A stretch of DNA of 64,000 bases, taken from assembly GCA_973895155.1 (NCBI GenBank), contig OZ316893.1, forward strand, positions 4,198,490 through 4,262,489. The letters run 5' to 3'. How positions within the stretch are numbered: position 1 is the first letter of the stretch; each line of letters starts with the position of its first letter. The position numbers and the translations under genes are program-made. Under the pieces are notes generated by a model. It saw only the letters and a program-made list of their open reading frames with translations, ran no database searches and was not told the origin of the DNA. This document shows positions 51,978 to 62,000 of the stretch, piece by piece. This DNA is from Marsupella aquatica. Its lineage: Eukaryota; Plantae; Marchantiophyta.

Positions 51978-54900
51978 TGTCACCCTAAACGACAAAATAG
52001 TAGAAAAAGGTATATTTCTTGGATTTCCAATTTCATTCTCACACGTGCATCGTGGCAAAATTATATAGTTTTGAAATTGAAGCGATAAATTTATCTGATG
52101 TTGGTATTGCAAAAGTGGTTCCTTCATATGGAAGTTGCAATTTTGAAATTGAAGCGATAAATTTATCTGATGTTGGTATTGCGAAGAGTTTTCTTCATAT
52201 GGATAGGAATTTTGAAATTTAACCGATGAAACGAAGGATCTTAGTATTGTCGACTAGTATTTTTGTCGCCCGTAGTTTTCGCGATAATTTTATCGGACTG
52301 CGCATTGCTGTTGAAAGAATGGCATGTTGACTATGGTCACTTGCGGAGGTAACTGGTCAATTGCGGAGGTAACTGCAATGTAAGTTTGATGAACCGTGCA
52401 GTAATTCTTATCGACTGTGATGTAAAATATTTTTGGTAAATATCCAAAAACTGAGAAACCTGAGATTGGGTCGGAGCTTTCGTGGCTCAAATCCGGAGTC
52501 CGATACAGTTATCGCACTTGGCTCGAAACGTGGATATGGATTTATAGATAAGACCTTTCATATATCTTCGGAGAGCGTGAATATGAGGTTGAGGAGAAAG
52601 TTTTTTGGATCTAATTGTTCCTTGATAATATGAATGTTTGTTAGCATGAATTTCATTGGTTTTGATCATTATTAAATTTGTTGTTTCAATCCGAACTCCG
52701 ATACGAATTACATTATTTCCCCAAAAATGCATTTTTGATGAAAAAAACTGCCGATTTCGCGAGATTCGGCGGAAAATGAAAATACACTTCTCGTTTAGAG
52801 GAAAGAGTTCTCGTTCGGTCCGAAATCGTGTTCAATGGAGTGACGCCATGGGCAACGGACGCTTGGGGCGCAAATTACCCTGGGCCCTCACTCTTACTAT
52901 ATTAATTGAACCCCCCTGAGAACAAACACCCCTCGTGTACCCCTTCTTAATATTTTTGTTCACGAAAAAAAATCCCTTGTTAATGTAAAAACATTATTTT
53001 TTCCTATAAAAATTTATCATTTTGTAAATTATAACAGAGTTTTTCAAGGAATTAAAAAAACCCTTAAATTTTTAAAAATTGTAAATATCATACTGAAACA
53101 TAAAAGATTATATTTTGCATAGGGGAATATTATGTTACGCTGATGTTCATGGTACATATTTTATATAGATCATAACAAAATTAGTACTAAAGATTTATAG
53201 TTCTTCCTAGAGTATATGACTATGACTCAGGCAACTTGTAGACCTCATAGAGATAAACTGAACTAGTACAAAGGCATTATTATGCTATGCTATATCCTTG
53301 GAGGAATAATTGCATATATGTACTACTTATGTAAACTCCAATTGCTAAATTATTCTATCTTGACTAAGAATGGTATGACATCAACCATTAACACCAAATG
53401 ATAAGTAGAGTTTTTGGCAACTTCTTTCATGCAACCTGACACATCAAACCACACATTAATCATATATATTCTAGACACAAAGTACTAATAATACAAAAAA
53501 TGACTACTGAAAATTGTGGAGAGTAATACCATCAAATCTCCTTTGGCTGAAATTGTTACTTAGACATGGTGGGTAATTTTCCTGCCATCTCTACAATCAA
53601 ACAATTGTGAGCACCGGGTACCCCCCCAACCCAATGATCAAGGGAGTACACCACCCCACACACAAACACACCTGGCCTCATACCTGGCCATTTGATTCAA
53701 GGGAATTCAAAAGTAATCTTGTTTGTCTATGTGGGATTGATTCATGGGTCCCCATCAATCCCAGAACCCCAAACGAGTTGGCATGGGCCCCAAAATCCTG
53801 GCCCAGTATTTACTTAACTCCCAACTTAACACATGCGGGTAAACAAGTCTACCATGCAAGCCCATATATGAAACCAAACTTGCCTTAAGAGGATAAATAA
53901 TTAAATGTCTGATTTACTATATGGACATGTGTACCAATGAAGTGATGACATGTGTGCCAACCATATAGTGACATGTGTCCTTGACATTTTAGGTACCCTT
54001 GCATAAGATTAATGTGACATGTATTTGATAAGATGTCATGCCGAGGGACAGTGCCTCTTATGCACATCGGCATGTCTCTCGCCTGCCCGCTAGGTATGTA
54101 GTTAGGGCTAGTGTACTACCTAAGTTAGCAACATGTTCTTGTAGCAAGTCTGGGCCGTTCTTGAAGCAAATGTGCTTGTTAGTGTGACGCCAGGACTTTG
54201 CTTGCTTAGGGCATGTCTTTCTTTGTGGGTTTTCAGTTCTTCTTGAATCGCTGTGAGACAGAGTTTTTCAGAGACTGCTCGTCGGTTCCGTACATGGAAT
54301 TCACACAGTGATTCGTTAGATGCTCCCGGCCAATCTTGGCATCTTGCCGGTTTTTGATTCAATTTCAGTACGTTTGTTTCTATCACGCCTTTTATTCAAG
54401 AAGAACTCGTCGAGATAGCAGTGAGGGGAAGAAGATTACTTGTGGCGGTTTCGACAATTTCTGGTGAAGTCATTGCAATTTCTTTGACGGACATCGGAGG
54501 GATGAGTTGAAATTATGGGTTCAATATGATGTTATGTGTATACTTAACATAAGTATACACATAACGCTCCCGTTGGAGCTTGACTTTTGCTTTCCGGTTG
54601 CATCTGGGGACCCTTTGCTGCTTTCGACTATGGCTGCCGGTCGCTGACTGCCACGACCTTTTTCGGGCCATATTTGGTGTTTTTTGGTCGCAGCGCGACC
54701 ACCTTCCCTTCGCCTTACGTTTTCATGACCCTTTGGGGTCCCGTTCTTTCTTTTCTCTCACCGGCCGTTGTTTCATTTCGCCTCCCTCGCAGCTACCGTC
54801 TCGAGGTGCCTCCCAATCCTGCCTGTGTATACACATGCGGGGCTCATCATTGCCCCTGGGTCGCGCATAGGGCCGCGCGCCCTCCCTTTGGCGCTTTTCT

Positions 54901-55257
54901 TCCTCCCGCGCCCGTTGCCAACATTTAATTACGCGCAAGGAGGGGGAGCCAACCAGGAGCACAAGCGCAAGGAGAGGGCATGAGGCCCTATGAAGATTTA
55001 AAGAGGGAGGGGGAGTTAACGTCGACCCCCTTCGGAAGTCCTTCTGCAGGGCACGGAGCCCACTGTCAGCATTGAAGAGGGGGGGGAGTAAACATAGACT
55101 CCTTTCGGGAGTCCTCTTGCAGGGCACGAAGCCCTTCAGCGGCATTAAAGCCAGGAGGAGGGGAGCAGGAGCGCAAGGAGTGGGCACGAGGCCCTATGCT
55201 GCAATAAAAGGAGGCCAGGAGGGGGAGCGAGTGTGCCAGGAGAGGGCACAAGGCCCA

Positions 55258-55970
55258 AGCCGCATTACAAGGGACCTCCTCCCCCCCAACACTTGGACTG
55301 AAGTGGTGAGTGTTGGATAGAGGCAAGTGCACCTGGTCTAGATGCCATGCAGCAGCACTGTGGAGTGGTAGGGCTGGAGCCCCTAATGCTGGAGGAATGT
55401 ACATCTGAAAAAGGATGCAAGTGACCAGAAGCCAAGTGAGAGCATTGAGATCCATTACCCTGCCAAGTAAAGCATTCTTGGCCAGCCTGGGGATTGTGGT
55501 GTGACCTGTAGTACCGGGTTGGAAGCCCATAGCCCGTTCTCTCTCCTCAGGACTAGGTTCATCCCATGTACCGGTAGAATGTCGATAAACCAGACCAGGA
55601 CCATCACCCTGAAAAGCATGTGCACCTGGAAAGGACACAAATGTAGGCCAAGCAGCACGGGGTTGTCCAATGGTATTGGCTGGATACCAAGGTGCTGGCT
55701 CTTGCCGTGTAACTGGTTGGCAAGAACTGTCAGGATCCAAAATCTGGTCCACTGTAAGGTTAGTGTCCCTGGATGTGTGGTGAAGAGCCATCTCCAGCAA
55801 GGAAGGTGGTGCAAGGTTAGTCCAAAAGTTATGAAGACAATGTGCATAAGAACCACAGTGCACTGCATCAATGAGAAGGGGTGGTCCCAAGTAGTGCTGG
55901 ACCACACTGAAATCCTCTTTGACCTGTGGACGCTGGTCAAACTGAGATGGAGTATTCTCAATGATATAAC
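55258..55970 (-). repeat. Inverted near-identical copy of the DNMT-coding segment 60210-60934
   Basis: Reverse complement matches 60210-60934 apart from a few SNPs and a 12-bp duplication found only in the sense copy. Confidence 0.97.
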
Positions 55971-56700
55971 ACTGAAATCCTCTTTGACCTGTGGACGATG
56001 GTCAAGCTGCATTAAAGGAGGGGAGTTCAATTCGAACTCCCTCACACGGGAGTACTTAGGCCTGCCAGGGCACGAATCCCCAAGGAGGCTTCGGGAGCTC
56101 ATAAGGAGGGGGGAGAGGGGGTGCGAAGCCCTATGCAGGGCTCATTTCCTTTTCTTCGCCTCACTCTTCCCATTTTATTTTCGCCTTTTTTGGCTTGTCT
56201 TGCTTTTTCGCCGCGCGACAATCGACCTGTTTCCATCTCTCAGGTCCATCGGGCTGATGTGTATACACTTTAGGAGGCCCCTTGCACATTTTGTAGGGCC
56301 CGTTTCTTTCCGTTTGCTCTTACCTTGCCATCGACGCCCTCCATAGAGCACCGTGGCCTGATACTGTGTCCCACTTGGCCCGGTTTTCTTTTCCCGCTGA
56401 CGCGCGCCTCTTTGGTTTCCCTTTTCCTGCCAGTTTTTGGGTCCACATAGGGGCCCAATGTATACACTTAAAGGGGGGCCACTTCTATTTTCTTTTCCCG
56501 GATTTCTTTATTGCCGCCAACATTAGGCCTTTCCGGAGTTTTTAAGGGGCTTTTCTTTGCCGACGGTTTTTCTCTGTGACGGTTTTTCTGTGCGTTTACA
56601 CATTCGACACATTGCTGCCTTGCACCGTTTGCCTCCTTCGTGGGTTTCATTTCCTAGCCTTGGGGCTGCCACTCCTTTTTCTTGTCAATTTCTTTCCCAT

Positions 56701-56716
56701 TGGCACCCCGGGTGAG
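56701..56716 (+). promoter_or_regulatory. Putative PBS (tRNA-Arg-like)
   Basis: TGGCACCCCGGGTGAG one nt after ...CCCA and just before the gag ATG at 56725. Confidence 0.55.
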
Positions 56717-56724
56717 CATGCAGC

Positions 56725-59055
56725 ATGTCAGCCGACGAACCAGGAGGTAGCAGCTCATCGCCACCGACACCCAGGTACCATTTACGGAGTGATCCACGAC
56801 CATTAGTGCCAATTTCATTGGAGTCTCGGCAATTTCGACGACGTCCACAGACAGCAGCAGCACCCACACCACGCAATCCTGCTCAATTTGGCGGTCGCTT
56901 TACCACTACTCCAAAGCCTGCTATCACTTCATTGCCATTTACCCCTTCTGCATCAGTGGTTGTTCCAGCTTCACCGACATACAGCATGGATGCCAGCCAC
57001 TCATCTGGCCGCATTGAATGCTTCAGTGGGCGGCCAGGCACTGTTTCTTTACGTGAGTTCAAATCCACTTTCTACACTGTCGTTTATGAATTGGAGTTGA
57101 AGTACGGCAGCAATTTCACAAATGCTTTTGCATTTAAGCAGCTAGCCAGGTATGTGCACCATGAGGCTTTGGATGTGTATGAGCAGCATTCTCAACGGCT
57201 GCTTGCTGTCACACAGTTGCCTAACCCTACCTATGCCAGTGCAATTGCGGCAGCCTCACAATTGGCCTTACAGAATGCCATTGCAACCCATGCTGCTGCT
57301 CCTGCCACTTCCCCTCCTACTCCAGTTCCTACCACTGCGCCCGTTACTCCCACTGTCTTGGCACAGGCTACATCAGGCATTTCTCCCACCATTGATTCTC
57401 CTGCCTTTGCTGATCCGGTGGCTGAGTTTTTCCAGGTTCTTGAATTGGAATTCCCAATCAAGAGTGCTGACAAAATCATGCAGTTGGCGACCTTTGTGAG
57501 GCAGCGCGATGAAACCTTGAAGATGATGTATCGCCGGCTTCTCAAGCTGAAGGAGGACACCCAGAGCATCACTGACCTGGAAGCTGCTCATCGCTATCTT
57601 CGTGCATTGGAGGGCACACCAGCTCTCCATTCGCAAGTGTTGCAGCAAGTATTCTCAGAGTTTGGAGACAGCTACACCCTGCTCAATGTCTATGACACTG
57701 CTGAGAAACTTGAGTTGGCCCATGCACATTATGAGGCCAGTATTGCGCGTCCACCGCGATCCAGGTACCAGACTGCTACCCCTACAATTGCCACCCCTTC
57801 CCGTGTGCCACAATATGCTTCCAAGACCAAACCAGCACATGTTGCTGTCATGCTGCCATCTTGCAACTATTGTGGTAATCCTAATCACAAGGCTAATGAC
57901 TGTGATATTGTTGCTGAGGACCTATCTTGTGATTTTTGCAGGAAAGTGGGCCACTTGGAGGCAGTTTGTTTTGCCAAATTCCCAGAGAGGAAGCAGCTAC
58001 GACAACAGGCCACTCATTCTGCTCCTGTTTCCATTCCCCCACCAGCTAGGAGGGCTCCTATTGCATCAGTTGCTCCTCCTTCCAGTGGCAAAGCACCCAA
58101 TGCCAACAAATTGCCCAAGCAGCAACAGAAGCAACCAGCTCAGAAGGAGGCTCACAACGCACAGGCAACTCAACTCCAGTCTCTGACTCATGAGGTTGAG
58201 TCCCTACGTGCCCAACTTGCCAACATCAAAGGCAAGTCAACTACCTCTGCTGGTCCTTCTCAACCGGCTGGTCACGTGCAACCCATCCCTGGCCCAGGCA
58301 CCACTGATAGTTCAGCCCCTCTACCCCACTCTTTCTATGGCTTGCCATTTGATGCTTATATGGGTGAGTGTGTGATGTCCTCTGCTCCACAGCCTGGCCT
58401 TACAGCAAAATTTTCAGATTCATTCTGCCCTTCCTATTTTGCTCACTAGCAAGCCAGTGCTGCCTCTCGTATTGCTCCCACACGCCGCATTGTACAGGCT
58501 AATGGTCTTGCTGCCGGTCCTATGACTAGAGCCAGGGGAGCTTGGGCTGTCTTGCCCCAATCTTTTCAGCCACTCACCCTTGCTGAAGAGCGCACCTTGT
58601 TGCCGAGGGGGGAGGGAGCTGCAGCTACATCCATTCCACCACCAGGTGCTGCTGACATTTCATAGGGAGTTGTTTCTCCTGAGCTGCTTGAGCATTTCAC
58701 CTCCGGTATGGCACAAAGGATTCTTACAACTCCACTTTTCAGTTGCCATGATTTACAGCTGGATGCTAGAGCTGTCCTCAGGGCGCTAGAGGGTGCACTA
58801 CATTCTTCATCAGCCCCTGTGACACCGGTTTTGGAGGTCCAATCTCATGTACATACTGGACCTTCTTCTTCTCCTTTACATGTTTCCACTGGTTTGGCTG
58901 CCCCAGTACCGATTGCTGCTGAGTGTGTGACCAGAGCTACACTTGATTCTGGTCATGCTGCTCCATCTTTCCTGGCTATGTTGTTGAGTGGAAAGACCGT
59001 GGACACTAACTCCCTTCACAAGGTACCATCATCATTTGCCGAGAGTGGTGCCTAG
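56725..59055 (+). pseudogene. Gypsy gag-like ORF (premature TAG at 58447)
   Basis: 574-aa ORF with CNYCGNPNHKANDC and CDFCRKVGHLEAVC; the same frame continues to 59055. Confidence 0.88.
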
Positions 59056-62000
59056 TGACAGGACTTCAGTTTCCACCACCATTGCCATTGTTGACAGCAA
59101 GAATTCAGTGGTCAAGTTGGAGGGTCACACTCCTCAGGTGGTCATGCTAGACACAGGTGCTCAACCAGTGATATTGGGCATTCAGTTTGCCAAGAAGATG
59201 GGACTGTTGACTGATCATTTACAGCAATCCAAGTGGCACATTCGGACTGCTAGTGGCACTGTGGAGGATGTGTTGGGTGAGAGTTCTACTTTACTCACTC
59301 TCACTTTTAATGGAGGTACAGATCAGGAACTGCATTTCCCAGTCAGATGTTTGGTTACCAATGCCACTACGTATGATGTGCTCATTGGCCAGGAGGCTTT
59401 GTTCCCACCAGGTTTTACCATTGACAACTGGCATGAGCATGCATACTACAGAGTTGATTGGCATACGGATGGCTCACACTTGGGATACATTCCACTTGAT
59501 TTGCATGGTGCCCATACCCCTATGGCTCACCACTGTGTGTTGAAAGCAGTGCACACAGCTACCTATGTCAACCACCCATTGCAGGATTGGATTGAGGAGG
59601 ATGATGATGAGGTGGCTACTGCACATGCTGTTGCACATATAGCAGCACTTTCTAGCAACGTGGATCATCAACCAGAGGTGGTACAACGACTCCAAGCAGT
59701 CCATGGACCTTTGGTGGCTGCATTGCACAAATTTGAGGATCTTGGGCAGCATAATGGACAACCAATAGCCCCAATCTTGAGCGCACCAGTTACATGGACT
59801 CCTCCTTCATATGGCCTTACATTGCTTGAGCTTTTTGGTGGCATTTCTACAGGCCTGGAAGCTCTTCTAAAGTCTGGCATGGTGGTGAAGCAGTACATCT
59901 ATGTGGATATTGATCCAAGTGCAAGGCAAGTGGCTGAATCCCGTCTGCTGGAATTTTCAGAGCGATTTCCCTAGCAGTTTCCACATAGTGCATGGAAGTT
60001 TGTATTTTCTTTCTTCCCTCCAGATATCCAGCTTGTCCAGCACCGGCACTTAACCCTTCTTGGCTCCCTTGATTTGATCATAGCTGGTTGGGAATGCCAA
60101 GGGTTTTCAGCTGCTGGTCACGGTGCTGGACTGCATGATTCTCGTTCTGGCCTTTTCACAGCATTGGTTCAGATTCTCACCTGGGCTCAATCCCTTTATC
60201 CTGTTGTTGGTTATATCATTGAGAATACTCCATCTCAGTTTGACCAGCGTCCACAGGTCAAAGAGGATTTCAGTGTGGTCCAGCACTACTTGGGACCACC
60301 CCTTCTCATTGATGCAGTGCACTGTGGTTCTTATGCACATTGTCTTCGTAACTTTTGGACTAACCTTGCACCACCTTCCTTGCTGGAGATGGCTCTTCAC
60401 CACACATCCAGGGACACTAACCTTACAGTGGACCAGATTTTGGATCCTGACAGTTCTTGCCAACCAGTTACACGGCAAGAGCCAGCACCTTGGTATCCAG
60501 CCAATACCATTGGACAACCCCGTGCTGCTTGGCCTACATTTGTGTCCTTTCCAGGTGCACATGTTTTTCAGGGTGATGGTCCTGGTCTGGTTTATCGACA
60601 TTCTACCGGTACATGGGATGAACCTAGTCCTGAGGAGAGAGAACGGGCTATGGGCTTCCAACCCGGTACTACAGGTCACACCACAATCCCCAGGCTGGCC
60701 AAGAATGCTTTACTTGGCAGGGTAATGGATCTCAATGCTCTCACTTGGCTTCTGGTCACCTTGCTGGTCACTTGCATCCTTTTTCAGATGTACATTCCTC
60801 CAGCATTAGGGGCTCCAGCCCTACCACTCCACAGTGCTGCTGCATGGCATCCAGACCAGGTGCACTTGCCTCTGTCCAACACTCACCACTTCAGTCCAAG
60901 TGTTGGGGGGGAGGAGGTCCCTTGTAATGCGGCTGACATTATTTCTGAGTTTCATGGTGTGGACCACTTCAGATCAGCAGGTACAACAGGCCTTGGAGAG
61001 GCCTCATCACCTTATCAGCAGCATGCTAGCAGCTTGGACAGTGGAGAGGCTGGCACTTCTGGCTCTTCAAGCACGAGTACATCAGGTCCTATTCCTAGTG
61101 TTGCCAACTACACATTTATCATGGGCAACCACCTGAGTAAAAGATAAAAGGACCAGCTGCTGAATTTGCTCCTCAAGCATGAGAATGTGTTTGCTTTCTC
61201 TATGAAGGACTTGGGTAAGTGCAAGACTATGCAGTTCTCCATTGAGTTGGCTGATGAAACACCTATCTTCAGGCGGAGACACCGTTTGAGTAAGCATGAG
61301 TGGCAGCTGGTGGATGAGAGGTGCCAAGAGCTTTATGAAGCTGGTCTTATTCAGCCATCTATATCAGATTTTGCGGCAGCTATAGTGATGCCAGCAAAGA
61401 AGGATTCCAGTGGATTGTGGACAGAGAAGCGCATGTGTGGGGACTATAGGCCATTGAACCTGGTCACACCCCAGGATAGGTACCCCATGCCGCAGCCAGA
61501 GGAGCTATTTGACAGCATTGGAGACTCAGACATCTTCATTCTTGTGGATCTAAGGCAAGGCTTCAACCAGATTTTGCTGCTTGCAAAAGACCACAAGAAA
61601 ACAGCTTTCCATGGTAGTAACCAACTATGGGAGTGGTTGGTGATGTCATTTGGCTTGAAGAATGCGCCCATATTCTTTCAAAGAGTCATGGACCAGGTTC
61701 TTCAAGGTGCTGAGTTTCTGAAATGCTACATTGATGATGTGTTGGTCCACAGCAAAGGATTTGACCAGCATCTACTTGACCTTGAGGAGCTATTCATGAG
61801 GCTTAAGAAGGTGAACCTAAAGATACACCCCAAGAAGTGTGAATTTGCTGTCAGATCAGTAGTATATCTTGGGCATCGCATTCTTCCAAATGGAACCATG
61901 GCTCACTGGGCCAAGGTGGTATCCATCTTGGAAATGCCCACTCCTACCGATGTTCACACTTTGAGGAGTTTTATTGGGTTGTGCAATTACTACCGGATCT

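Larger units (their letters stand above)
41116..52832. mobile_element. Large Sola1/DUF7869-like DNA transposon (11.7 kb) with four cargo genes
   Basis: TIRs AACACGATTTCGGACTGACCGAGAA / TTCTCGTTCGGTCCGAAATCGTGTT (23/25 match); 4-bp TSD CAAT (41112-41115, 52833-52836); DDD transposase on minus strand; the second copy starts at the same base. Confidence 0.88.

Noticed and set aside
41084-52893. GAGTGAG...CTCACTC as the transposon termini
   Set aside because: No TSD; the left motif belongs to an older repeat also present near 2915. The AACACG termini have a CAAT TSD and match the nested copy's end.
54013-54529. Alternative gypsy LTR start at TGTGACA (~54013)
   Set aside because: Cannot be tested without the 3' LTR and has no supporting structure; the boundary is left tentative at 54530.
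55066-55905. Independent 279-aa methyltransferase gene on the minus strand
   Set aside because: It is the inverted duplicate of pol sequence, lacks motifs I-IV and runs into repeat sequence.
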